Assembly: GCA_051531975.1 (NCBI GenBank)
Contig: JAOPTT010000009.1
Location: forward strand, 32,001-96,000
Origin: Spirochaetaceae bacterium
GTDB taxonomy: Bacteria > Spirochaetota > Spirochaetia > DSM-2461
Reading direction: 5' to 3'
DNA: 64,000 bases
Shown: positions 49,351 to 59,636 of the stretch, one piece after another
How the letters are laid out: every line of letters starts with the position of its first letter
Position numbering within the stretch: the first letter of the stretch is position 1
Notes under the pieces: generated by a model
Told to the model about the DNA's origin: nothing
The model's database searches: none
Seen by the model: only the letters and a program-made list of their open reading frames with translations
Made by a program: the position numbers and the translations under genes

Positions 49351-52300
49351 ATGGAGTCAAGTTTAAAAAACAAAAAAGAAGTTAGAAATCTTTCAGAACC
49401 CCAGAAAATGATTTATTTGGGGGAATCTATGCACCCTGGAGTTAGCTTAAATACGGTTGTGACCACCAGTTGTTTAGGAAATCATAATGATTTAACTATT
49501 TTGAAAAAAGTAATCAAAGAGGTTATTGAAGAGAATCCAGGCTTACATATCAAAATTGATCTTAAAAATGGAAGTCCCACACAGTATATAGATAATAATT
49601 TAGATCATGAGATTTTAATCATGGATTTTAGGAATGCAGCTATTGAAAAAGAAGTTTCTTGGCTAAATTCTGAAATATCTAGAATTTATACCCTTGATAA
49701 AGGTAATCTATTTAATTTAATTCTCTTTTATAAAAATGATTCTTCATTAAATTTACTAATTTCAATGCATCATATTATATGTGATGCTTGGTCTCATCAG
49801 TCTATTGCAACCCAAGTTTACGATAAATATGAAGCTATACTTAAAGGTAATTTAAGTACTTTACCGCCCAAATTATCCTACCTAGAGTATGTTGAAACAG
49901 AGAAAAATTATATAGATTCTAAAAGATGTAAGCTTAGTGGAGACTATTGGAAGTCAAAGTTTGTACAACATGAAACATTACCAGAATTTTATAAAGATAT
50001 TAATAATAGAGCTCGTGCTGTATCTAAACAGTTTCATAATAGTTTTAATGGAGATATCCAGAAAAAAATATTAAAAATTTGCGATGAAAATAATATTTCT
50101 TTTGCAACATTTTTTTTAGCATGCTTGCTCATCAGTTTAAGTAAATTAAATGATAATAAAAAACATGTTCTAGGCACATTATCGTATAATAGATTAGGGA
50201 AGAAAGAAAAAACTGCAGTTGGTATGTTTGTAAATACGTTACCCTTGATTTTTGACTTAACAGAGACTAATGATTTCCAATCAATAGCTAAATTAATAGA
50301 TAATGATATGGCTGGACTAATGAAGAACCAACGTTATCCATTAAGAATGATTACTAATGATAAAGAATTAAAACAACTCAATATTGCAAATCATTTAGAT
50401 CTGATTTATTCATATCAGAATATCATTCTTCCATATGATTATACATATCATTTTAGTGGGTATAGTACTCACCCTATTTTATTTAGACCAACTAGGAGTG
50501 GTGTTGATGGAGACTTCTTTTTAGATATCGATTATCAGATTGATTGTTTTTCAGAAGATGAAATTATAAATATTTCAAATATTTTTCAGAATGTAATAGA
50601 GAATCTTGATTATGATCTAAAAAAGTCCATCAGTTTGGGATCAGATCAATTCCTACAAAATACTGAATTAAAAATCATAAAAAAAGATCATAACCTAAAT
50701 CAAACCCTACACGGTATTTTTGAAGATAAGGTATTGGAATATCCAGATAATATTGCTGTTACTTTTAAAGAACTGTCTATTACTTATAGGGAGCTTAATA
50801 GACGGGCTAATATTCTTGCAAATATGTTGATTGAGCTTGGTGCTGGAGAGGAAAGTCCTGTTGCACTTTTATTAGATCGATCTAAAGAGATGATGATAGC
50901 TATTTTAGCTGTATTAAAGGCAGGAAGCTGTTATCTGCCTATGTCACCTGATCAGCCTATTAAAAGAACAGAGAAAATAGTTGAACTAAGTGGTGCAAAG
51001 ATTGTTTTATGTAATAAAGATTGTGGCGAAGGTAAAAAAGAAGGCATCGTTAAGTTAGACTTACGAACAATTGAATACGGTGTAGAAGATGTTCCTAATT
51101 TAGATATTGGTGTAAAACCAGGAAATCTTGCATATATTATATATACTTCAGGATCTACTGGTGAACCAAAAGGTGTTATGGTTGAACATAAATCTGTAAT
51201 TAATAGACTTTTATGGATGCAAGAAGAGTACCCTTTAAATGAAGACGACGTAATAATGCAAAAAACACCCTATACATTTGATGTTTCTGTATGGGAACTT
51301 TTTGCTTGGTATTTAACTGGATCAAGGCTTCATTTTTTAATACCAGGGGCAGAAAAAGAACCATTAACAATTATTGAATCTATATTCAAACAGAAAATAA
51401 CAATAATTCATTTTGTACCATCTATGTTAACTCTATTTTTAGAGTATCTTGATGGGTTTGGGTCTATAGACCACATTAAAACTATTCGACGTGTTAGTTG
51501 TAGTGGAGAAGCTATAAATACTGAACATGTAAATAGATTTAGAGAAATAGTTAGAGAGTATATTCCTGCAGAATTATATAATTTATATGGACCAACTGAA
51601 GCTACAGTTGAAGTATCTATATTCGATTGCCTTGCTAATATACATAACTTTGTTCCTATTGGGAAACCAATTGATAATGTGGAAATATATATATTAGATG
51701 CAAACGGAGTCGTTTTACCGACCGGACAATCAGGAGAACTACACATTGGTGGAGTCTGTTTAGCAAGGGGATATTTTAATAAACCAGATCTGACTAATGG
51801 AAGTTTTAAATTTCATGAAGGATTACAAAAGAGACTATATAGTACTGGAGATCTTGGAACTTATTTAGATGATGGAAATATAAAGTATCAGGGAAGAATT
51901 GATAATCAAGTTAAAATTAGAGGGAACAGAGTTGAACTTGGGGAGATAGAGAGTTGTCTATTATCAATAGAATCTGTTTCTGAAGTCGCAGTTATTGCAC
52001 CTGTGGATGAAAATGGAAATGCCTATTTAGGTGCATATATAATTGCCGATGAAGAGATTCCTCATGCCGACTTAAGGCACCATATTCAGAGAGAACTTCC
52101 ATCGTACATGGTACCATCTTATTTTATTCAGATGGATGAATTTCCACTGAGTTCTAGTGGCAAGTTAGACCGTAAAGCTCTTCCTGAACATGTAAATAAA
52201 AGGAAGAAAGTAAAAGCTTTCCACGCTCCTATAAACGATAGGGAAGAAGAGATATGTGAAATCTGGGAAGATGAACTTAAAATAGAGGGAATAGGTCGGG

Positions 52301-53610
52301 ATGAGAACTTTTTTGATCTTGGTGGAGATTCTCTATCACTTATAAAAGTTCACTTTTCCCTTGAGCAAAAGTATATAGTATCTTTGCAAGATCTATTTGA
52401 ATATCAGACAATCGAGGGTTTAGCCCAACATATTCATATTCGAATTCAGGAGAAGGTTACATATGACGATGTAGGTTATTCGAATATTGTTAAACAGAAT
52501 ATTGAATCGAAGAAAATAATGAACTATTTTAGTAGTTTAAAAAATGATTCTGATATTGAACGAGTAAATTATTCTAAGATATTGATAACTGGTTCTACAG
52601 GTTTTTTAGGTGCTTATTTAGTTAAAGATTATTTGGAGAATAGTAGCTCTTTACTCTACCTTTTAGTTCGAGCAGATACATTAGATAGTGCTTTTAGTCG
52701 ATTAAAATCAAAGTTAAGTTTTTATTTTGGAGATGATTTTTACGATGGTTACAAAGAGAGGATAATTGTTATTTTAGGGGATGTCTCAGAAGACTTTCTA
52801 GGTATGGATGAAAAAGAGTTTATAAACCTTTCTAAAGAGATCGAAACTGTTATTCACTCTGCAGCTAATGTTAGACATTATGGTGACCGATTAGATATGA
52901 ACAAAATCAATGTACTTGGTACACGGAATGTTTTAGATTTTTGTAATGAATCTGAATCTAAGAAAATGTTTTTTGTTTCAACATTAAGTGTAGGACTGAA
53001 TTCTGTAAAACCAGGCTGGAGTCTACATTTTACTGAAGCTGATAATCCAGAAACTAATAACAGTGGTAATGTTTATATCGATAGTAAAATATTAGCCGAG
53101 GAACTTGTTAGAGACTATATCTCTAGTTATGGTGGTCAGATATACCGTGTTGGAAATCTAGTTAGTGATTCAGAAACCGGAGTGTTCCAGGAAAACAGGG
53201 AAGATAATGGTTTTTATAAAATTATGAATGAGTATAAAAGGAGAAACTTGGCTCCAGATGTGGATATACCATTTATAGATTTATCATTTATAGACCAGAC
53301 AGCAAAAGCTATTAGATTATTAACCACATGTAATGTTTCTGATACTTTCCATCTATTTAATCCAAATACCATAACAATACAGGATATGTTTTATAAGAAT
53401 GAAACTAAAATAGACACATTTAAAAACTATGTAAACAATATTGTTTATGGTGATTCTGTTTTAACCCATGGCTATTATCTAGAAAATATAAATATGCTTG
53501 GTTTTATCCCTTATTGCAATAAAACTGAGAGTCTATTAAATAGACTAGGTTTTAATTGGGAACCTGTTGGAAACATTGAAATTGATAACTTATGGGACAG
53601 TTGGGCATAA
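49351..53610 (+). CDS. Stand-alone monomodular NRPS: C-A-T-R (thioester reductase)
   Basis: HHIICDA (C); YTSGSTGEPKG, FDVSVWE, NLYGPTE, Y.TGDL, SGKLDRKAL (A); FFDLGGDSL (T); ITGSTGFLG and YIDSK (R). Confidence 0.93.
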   Translation: MESSLKNKKEVRNLSEPQKMIYLGESMHPGVSLNTVVTTSCLGNHNDLTILKKVIKEVIEENPGLHIKIDLKNGSPTQYIDNNLDHEILIMDFRNAAIEKEVSWLNSEISRIYTLDKGNLFNLILFYKNDSSLNLLISMHHIICDAWSHQSIATQVYDKYEAILKGNLSTLPPKLSYLEYVETEKNYIDSKRCKLSGDYWKSKFVQHETLPEFYKDINNRARAVSKQFHNSFNGDIQKKILKICDENNISFATFFLACLLISLSKLNDNKKHVLGTLSYNRLGKKEKTAVGMFVNTLPLIFDLTETNDFQSIAKLIDNDMAGLMKNQRYPLRMITNDKELKQLNIANHLDLIYSYQNIILPYDYTYHFSGYSTHPILFRPTRSGVDGDFFLDIDYQIDCFSEDEIINISNIFQNVIENLDYDLKKSISLGSDQFLQNTELKIIKKDHNLNQTLHGIFEDKVLEYPDNIAVTFKELSITYRELNRRANILANMLIELGAGEESPVALLLDRSKEMMIAILAVLKAGSCYLPMSPDQPIKRTEKIVELSGAKIVLCNKDCGEGKKEGIVKLDLRTIEYGVEDVPNLDIGVKPGNLAYIIYTSGSTGEPKGVMVEHKSVINRLLWMQEEYPLNEDDVIMQKTPYTFDVSVWELFAWYLTGSRLHFLIPGAEKEPLTIIESIFKQKITIIHFVPSMLTLFLEYLDGFGSIDHIKTIRRVSCSGEAINTEHVNRFREIVREYIPAELYNLYGPTEATVEVSIFDCLANIHNFVPIGKPIDNVEIYILDANGVVLPTGQSGELHIGGVCLARGYFNKPDLTNGSFKFHEGLQKRLYSTGDLGTYLDDGNIKYQGRIDNQVKIRGNRVELGEIESCLLSIESVSEVAVIAPVDENGNAYLGAYIIADEEIPHADLRHHIQRELPSYMVPSYFIQMDEFPLSSSGKLDRKALPEHVNKRKKVKAFHAPINDREEEICEIWEDELKIEGIGRDENFFDLGGDSLSLIKVHFSLEQKYIVSLQDLFEYQTIEGLAQHIHIRIQEKVTYDDVGYSNIVKQNIESKKIMNYFSSLKNDSDIERVNYSKILITGSTGFLGAYLVKDYLENSSSLLYLLVRADTLDSAFSRLKSKLSFYFGDDFYDGYKERIIVILGDVSEDFLGMDEKEFINLSKEIETVIHSAANVRHYGDRLDMNKINVLGTRNVLDFCNESESKKMFFVSTLSVGLNSVKPGWSLHFTEADNPETNNSGNVYIDSKILAEELVRDYISSYGGQIYRVGNLVSDSETGVFQENREDNGFYKIMNEYKRRNLAPDVDIPFIDLSFIDQTAKAIRLLTTCNVSDTFHLFNPNTITIQDMFYKNETKIDTFKNYVNNIVYGDSVLTHGYYLENINMLGFIPYCNKTESLLNRLGFNWEPVGNIEIDNLWDSWA

Positions 53611-53649
53611 TAACTATCTTTTGACCTGAATAACTACTTTAATCGGGTC

Positions 53650-54496
53650 ATGAGGGGTTATATGTATATATGGCAGTCAAATAATTGGCCTAGTTTTAAT
53701 TGGGACGATAAAAAAATTCAAGAATCATTATTATTAACCAAGAAGAGCCAAGGGTATATTTTAGGTGTAAATTCACTCTTTAATCAAAAAGAGTTAGGTG
53801 AAATAATAACAACTGAAGCATCTACAACTTCTGCAATTGCAAAACATACCGATGGGCTAGTTGAACTACTCTTAGATGCTATTCGTAACTATAATGTACT
53901 ACTAACAGAAGATAGACTATTTGCTTGGCACGCAGCACTATTTCCTACTGGTTTCTCTGGAATGACAAAAATTGAAGTTGGTTGTTGGCGAAGTAGTAAA
54001 ATCCCAATGCAGGTTATTTCTGGATCTTTAGGTAAAGAGAAGGTTCATTATGTTGCACCTGAGTCGGAATTTATGGTCAAAGAGCTAGATGATTTTTTTT
54101 CTTGGTGGAGCAGTTCCATAACTGAAATCGACGGTCTTATTAGAGCAGACTCAGAAAGGTTCTGGAGATATTACAGAGTGGTTAAATTGGTTTTTTGATA
54201 TGTTTTCTAGAAGTATCGATAACTCTAAAGTTTTGGTAGAACGTTCTATATATATTAACAGTTTCTATAAGAAGATTTTGGATATTGATATAAGTAAAAG
54301 ACAGTTAAAGGTAATTAAAAAACTCCTAGAACGTTATCCTGATGATTATATTGGAGGATTAACAAATAAAAAATATGTATCAATAACAAAGGTTAGTTCT
54401 GAAACTGCTAAAAGAGATATTAGGGATCTGTTGCTAAAAGGACTTATTGTTCAAAATGCTGGAGGTGGTCGTTCCACTAGTTATAGACTTGCTTAA
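53650..54496 (+). pseudogene. Fic-family (DUF4172-Fic-HTH) gene with internal deletions and a frameshift
   Basis: YIWQ..NWP.F.WD start, LFAWHAALFP, MQVISG..G.EKVHY.AP. HPFxDGNGR is absent. The shifted frame reads TQKGSGDITEWLNWFF into the C-terminal HTH (TAKRDI..L...G, GGGRSTSY). Confidence 0.8.
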
Positions 54497-54604
54497 TTAA
54501 TGTGTATAAACACATAATTGTTATTCCTATACCTATAATATCTGTAAAAATAGTGTTTTATCTATATACTAAGATTAATTGTATGTTTCCATGTCCTTAT
54601 ATCT

Positions 54605-54671
54605 GGATTGTTGATTAACAATCCGTACAATTTGTAATTGCAATTGACAAATTGTACAACTATGATAGACT
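54605..54671 (+). promoter_or_regulatory. Two adjacent palindromes overlapping a sigma70 promoter
   Basis: GGATTGTT-gatt-AACAATCC; GTACAATTTGT-N11-ACAAATTGTAC; TTGACA(54644)-16-TAGACT, ATG 5 nt later. Confidence 0.55.
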
Positions 54672-54676
54672 AAAAT

Positions 54677-55843
54677 ATGATTAATAGGCAACTTGAAGAT
54701 GAAATTAAGATCTTAGAAAACGAATTCCCAATAATTGCAATATTAGGTCCAAGGCAATCAGGTAAAACTACAATCTCTAAAAAACTATATCCAGATTTTG
54801 AATATATATCCCTAGAAGATTTGGATCATAGAGAATTTGCTAGTAGTGACCCAAGAGGATTTATAGAAAAATATTCTAAAAATATAATATTTGATGAGAT
54901 TCAAAGAGTTCCCTTATTAATGTCATATCTACAAACTCACGTAGATAATAATAAAGAAAATGGTAAGATTATTATAACAGGATCACATAATTTTTTACTT
55001 ATGGAGCAAATAAGTCAATCCTTGGCAGGTCGAGTTGGAATTACTAAATTATTACCCTTTTCGTATAAAGAGATGGCATCGGTAGATATAGGTATTAATG
55101 AACTTATTTTTAAAGGTGCGTATCCAAGAATTTACGATCAAAATATAAGACCCGAGGTATTTTATAAGAATTACATAGCAACCTATATTGAAAAAGATAT
55201 TAGGCAGATAAAACAAATCACAAAAATTGATGATTTTCTAAAATTCATAAAATTATTAGCTGGTAGAACAGGACAAGAATTAAATACAAATACTCTAAGT
55301 GAAGAGTGTGGTGTATCCCATAATACAATTAAAGAGTGGATATCTGTTTTAGAAGCTAGTTTTCTAATATACAGATTAAAACCTTTTCATAAAAACTATA
55401 ATAAAAGAGTTGTTAAGAATCCGAAAATTTATTTTACAGATACAGGGTTAGTTTGTAGTCTGCTTGGTATCAGAAAGAAAGAAGATATAGATTATCACTT
55501 TTTGAAAGGTAGTCTTTTTGAAACCTTTATAGTTAACGAATTTATTAAGTATAATTTTAATTTTGGTGAGAAGTTCGATATATATTTTTGGAGAGATAAT
55601 CACAAAAAAGAGATAGATTTAATTCTTGATTTAGGTATTGAACAATTAGCATTTGAGATAAAATCAGCCAAGACAGTCCAAGAGAAGTTTTTTGATACAC
55701 TTAAATATTGGGAAAAGTTAACAAGTAAAGATAGAAGTAATATTTATCTTATATATGGTGGTCAGGAAAACTACATTAGAGAAAATTTTAATGTTGTGTC
55801 TTGGGATAATATTTATGATGGAGTAATTAAAAAGACGACTTAA
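54677..55843 (+). CDS. AAA_14 / DUF4143 ATP-binding protein
   Basis: GPRQSGKT, FDEIQR, ITGS, SLAGR, PKIYF.DTG, FE.F, YFWR...EIDL, EIK. Confidence 0.9.
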   Translation: MINRQLEDEIKILENEFPIIAILGPRQSGKTTISKKLYPDFEYISLEDLDHREFASSDPRGFIEKYSKNIIFDEIQRVPLLMSYLQTHVDNNKENGKIIITGSHNFLLMEQISQSLAGRVGITKLLPFSYKEMASVDIGINELIFKGAYPRIYDQNIRPEVFYKNYIATYIEKDIRQIKQITKIDDFLKFIKLLAGRTGQELNTNTLSEECGVSHNTIKEWISVLEASFLIYRLKPFHKNYNKRVVKNPKIYFTDTGLVCSLLGIRKKEDIDYHFLKGSLFETFIVNEFIKYNFNFGEKFDIYFWRDNHKKEIDLILDLGIEQLAFEIKSAKTVQEKFFDTLKYWEKLTSKDRSNIYLIYGGQENYIRENFNVVSWDNIYDGVIKKTT

Positions 55844-55859
55844 TAAAGCCGCCTAATTA

Positions 55860-57569
55860 TTACATTCTGTCTAAAACTTCTATCCCTAGAAGGTCTAAAC
55901 CTGATTTTATTGTTTCTGCTACTTTGTTTATAAGAAGTAACCTTGAGTTTTTCTCTAACTCTTCTGAATTCATAATGTTTATAGCATTGTAGAATGTATT
56001 AAACATCTGTGCTAATTCGTATACGTAGTCTGCAATAACATTAGGTTTACACGTATCTGCAGCTTTTATTACTACACCATGGAACTTAGACATCTGTATA
56101 ATTAACTTATTCTCAATTTCTGATTCAAACAGTAAGTCTGTAATTGAGTCTGAACCTTTAAAATCTGCTTTTCGTAAAATAGATTGGATTCTAGCATAAA
56201 CATATTGAAGATAAGGTGATGTATTGCCTTCGAAACTTAGGTTTTTATCCCAGTCGAATATAATTGCACTACTTCTGTTTTGACTTAGGTCTGAATATTT
56301 AACAGCACCTAAACCAACAACCCTAGCTATCTCTTTTTTCTCTTCTGTTGATAGTTCTGGGTTTTTCTCTTCTACAATTTTAAGTGCTCTACTCTCTGCT
56401 TCATCTAATAAAGTTTCTAACCTAATTACATTACCTTTACGGCTGCTAAAGTGGGCATCTGCAAACTTCATAAGACCAAAAGTTACATGGATATTCTCTA
56501 CATTCCAACCTAACATCTCCGAAACTCTAAAAAACTGCTTAAAGTGGTCAGCTTGCCTGTCATCTGTTACGTAAATTAACTTATTAATATCGTAGGATTC
56601 CATCTTCTTTTTAATACATGCTAAGTCCGAAGTTGCATACAGAGTTGCACCGTCTGATTTTCTAATTAGGCACGGGTGTAGATGTTCACTTTCGTCAAAC
56701 TCAACAATTAATGCACCCTGGCTCTCTTTAGCTATCTTTTTTTCTGTTAACTCTTCTATAACACCTGGCATTGAATCAAAATAATAGGACTCTCCCCAAT
56801 ATGTATCAAAGTCTACATCTAATCGTTTATATAGTTTGTTATACTCTGTAATTGAGTTATCTATAAACTCTTTCCATAGTTTCGTATTACCTTCGTCCCC
56901 ATCTTGTAGCTTTTTAAGTTCAGCTCTAGCTTGTGGAAGTAAAGTTTCATCATCAGCACTAGCTTTTTCAAACTGCACATATATTCTTTCTAACTCTTCT
57001 AATGAGTTTTCAGCATATTTATCTTTATCTAACCAGTTATCATAACCAACAATTAACTTACCAAACTGTGTACCCCAGTCTCCTAGGTGGTTATCTGCAA
57101 TAACTTCTCGTTTTAAAAACCGGTAAACTCGTTTAATTGAGTCACCAATAATTGTAGATCTAAGGTGAGCAACATGCATACGTTTTGCAATATTAGGTGA
57201 TGAATAATCAATTACTGTTACACCTTTTTCAATTTCTAAATCATACTCCCAAGACTGTGGGTTAAAAGATTTTATATATTGGTTTAGAGATTCTGGTTTT
57301 AAAAAGAAGTTAATAAAACCTGGACCTGCAATATCGGCTTTTAATATTATACCGTCAGTTTTAATGTTTTTAAGGATTTCTGTTGCAACTTCTCTTGGGT
57401 TTCTGCGGAGTTTTTTAGAGGAAACTAAAGCAATATTAGACTGAAAATGTCCTAAGCTTATATCTTTTGTAAACTGAACTGATACATCACTGTTATCAAT
57501 TTCTCCATTAAAACTTGCCTGTACAGCCTGGGCTAAAGCTTCTGTAACAACATCTGTTAAAATCTTCAT
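55860..57569 (-). CDS. argS: Arginine--tRNA ligase
   Basis: AGPGFINF, DYSSPNIAKRMHVAHLRSTIIGD, GDWGTQFG, KSDG..LYATSDLA, SSRKG, GNTSPYLQY.YAR. Confidence 0.97.
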   Translation of the reverse strand: MKILTDVVTEALAQAVQASFNGEIDNSDVSVQFTKDISLGHFQSNIALVSSKKLRRNPREVATEILKNIKTDGIILKADIAGPGFINFFLKPESLNQYIKSFNPQSWEYDLEIEKGVTVIDYSSPNIAKRMHVAHLRSTIIGDSIKRVYRFLKREVIADNHLGDWGTQFGKLIVGYDNWLDKDKYAENSLEELERIYVQFEKASADDETLLPQARAELKKLQDGDEGNTKLWKEFIDNSITEYNKLYKRLDVDFDTYWGESYYFDSMPGVIEELTEKKIAKESQGALIVEFDESEHLHPCLIRKSDGATLYATSDLACIKKKMESYDINKLIYVTDDRQADHFKQFFRVSEMLGWNVENIHVTFGLMKFADAHFSSRKGNVIRLETLLDEAESRALKIVEEKNPELSTEEKKEIARVVGLGAVKYSDLSQNRSSAIIFDWDKNLSFEGNTSPYLQYVYARIQSILRKADFKGSDSITDLLFESEIENKLIIQMSKFHGVVIKAADTCKPNVIADYVYELAQMFNTFYNAINIMNSEELEKNSRLLLINKVAETIKSGLDLLGIEVLDRM

Positions 57570-57591
57570 GTTAACTCCTATTGGACATAAT

Positions 57592-59229
57592 TTACACTTT
57601 TTTAATGTCTATTGGAAGTCTGTAATTGTTAAGAGTGTTAATCTTCTTTTTGTTTTTAACAACAGAAGCTAAAGAGCCACCGTTTTCGAATACTACTTCG
57701 TCCATAAATCTCTTAATCATCCATACACCTCGTCCATGGGAATAAGCTTCCTCATTGTCAGATTCTAATAAAATACTAAGTCTGTCAAAGTCCGTAGGGT
57801 CTGGAATGTCATCCTGATTAAACCCAGAGCCCTGATCTTCAATATTTATGGTTATATCTTTACAGGTTAATAGATACTGAATGTTAACAGATAAAGTTGT
57901 ATTCTCTTTGTTTCCATGTACAACAGCATTTACTAGTAACTCGTTATAAGCAATTAGAGCCTGCTGACAATCATCGTATTCGTAGTCATAACTAATTAAA
58001 TTTTGTCTTAATACCTCAATCTCTCTTGGGACAGATTTTATTGAATTTATTACACTATTATATACTAGAGGCGTTTTTACTTGCATATATATTAGACTTA
58101 AATCGTCATCTAGAATTGTTGTTCCTGTTGTTTTATTAACAAATCTCATAATATCATCGTTATCTTTTTTAAGATTATTTCCCATTTTGCATAACTGTTG
58201 TCTTAATATTTTATCGTTACTTCTTTCCCAAGATGCATCTTTTATCTCTATAATTGCATCGGAATAAAAAAATAGAATATCGTTATTTTTTAGGTCTATC
58301 GATTTAACATGGTAACTACTCTTTTCGTCATAACCTAGGTGCATACCAGGTGCCCTAGGTACTAATTCAGCTTCCCCGTTTCTAATTAAATACGGATGTT
58401 CTCCATTTGCACTGCAATAATAAAACTTCATTTCGGTGGAATCGTAAACAGAAACAAACATTACAGGGTATTGATCCGAGGTAATATAGTCCTGAATATC
58501 TATATTTACCATCTCAACAAATGTTGCTAAATGTAGTGGTATATCTAACAAGGATATATGCCTATCACACACGGATTTTAACAGAGTTGCATACATGGAC
58601 GCTTCTAACCCGTGGCCTGTACAGTCAACTATTATTGTTGCTATGTTACCACTATTGGTTTTAATAATATTAAAAAAATCACCACCCATCTCTTCCGAGG
58701 GGTTATATAGTGCTCTAATATTTACTTGTTCATCTAATGGTAGTTCTTTTGAGTTTAGTACTTGTTGAATTTCCTGTGCTTTTGATATGGCGTCTTTTTG
58801 TAAAAAAAGCTGATCTGCTAGTTTAAGTTGTACATTGTATAGCTGTTTTTGCTGGTTAATTATTCTCCGGGCAATCTTGAGCCTAATACTAAGGGCCTTA
58901 GGGTCGATAGGTTTTGGGATAAAATCGTCTGCACCTGCTGCAAAACCTATGTCTGCATATTTTTCATCTGTGTTTGACGTTACCATTATTATATATGTAT
59001 ATAATCCAGTATCTTTTTCTTTTAATCTGATTTTTTTTATAAGATCTATTCCACTTAAATTAGGCATCATCCAGTCAATTAAGGCGATTCTTGGAGGAGA
59101 CTCATCTTCTAGTTTATTCCAAGCATCAAGACCATCAACAGTTTCAATTACATTAAAAGACATTTTAATTAATATGGATTTAAGTAGCTTTCTGGATGTT
59201 AATGAGTCTTCTGCAATTAATATATCCAT
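57592..59229 (-). CDS. Receiver-PP2C (SpoIIE)-GHKL (RsbW-like) fusion protein
   Basis: AEDS, DWMMP, KP; GGDF, DCTGHG, SDAI.E, DDDLS; ELLVNAVVHGN, DQGSGF, GRGVW. Confidence 0.9.
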   Translation of the reverse strand: MDILIAEDSLTSRKLLKSILIKMSFNVIETVDGLDAWNKLEDESPPRIALIDWMMPNLSGIDLIKKIRLKEKDTGLYTYIIMVTSNTDEKYADIGFAAGADDFIPKPIDPKALSIRLKIARRIINQQKQLYNVQLKLADQLFLQKDAISKAQEIQQVLNSKELPLDEQVNIRALYNPSEEMGGDFFNIIKTNSGNIATIIVDCTGHGLEASMYATLLKSVCDRHISLLDIPLHLATFVEMVNIDIQDYITSDQYPVMFVSVYDSTEMKFYYCSANGEHPYLIRNGEAELVPRAPGMHLGYDEKSSYHVKSIDLKNNDILFFYSDAIIEIKDASWERSNDKILRQQLCKMGNNLKKDNDDIMRFVNKTTGTTILDDDLSLIYMQVKTPLVYNSVINSIKSVPREIEVLRQNLISYDYEYDDCQQALIAYNELLVNAVVHGNKENTTLSVNIQYLLTCKDITINIEDQGSGFNQDDIPDPTDFDRLSILLESDNEEAYSHGRGVWMIKRFMDEVVFENGGSLASVVKNKKKINTLNNYRLPIDIKKV

Positions 59230-59240
59230 TTAACCTACTT

Positions 59241-59582
59241 TTAAAGTTCTGTATTTTCTATAACTTGTTTGGTTATAGTATAAATATCTTCTAAATCTAA
59301 TGTTAGTTCTTTAATTAATTGATGATTGTTTTTTTGTGATTCATATTGTATTTTCTCTGATAATTTCTGCATTTTAATTGCACCTACTGAGGCACTTGAA
59401 CCCTTAATTCCATGGGAAATTTCATGAATTTGTCCAATGTTTTCTAATTCTACTGCTTTTTTAAGTTCTTCTAATTGTCCTGGAGTTTCTTCTAAATAGC
59501 AACTTAAGACTTCTTTGGTTATCTCTAAGTCGTTCATTGTCCGGGATATCAAACCTTCTATGTCTAAAAATACATCATCCAT
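59241..59582 (-). CDS. Stand-alone Hpt phosphotransfer protein
   Basis: SHGIKGSSASVGA. Confidence 0.9.
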   Translation of the reverse strand: MDDVFLDIEGLISRTMNDLEITKEVLSCYLEETPGQLEELKKAVELENIGQIHEISHGIKGSSASVGAIKMQKLSEKIQYESQKNNHQLIKELTLDLEDIYTITKQVIENTEL

Positions 59583-59636
59583 AATATAATTATTATTGAT
59601 GATACTGTTATTTTCCAGTAAGTTCTTTAATTAAAA

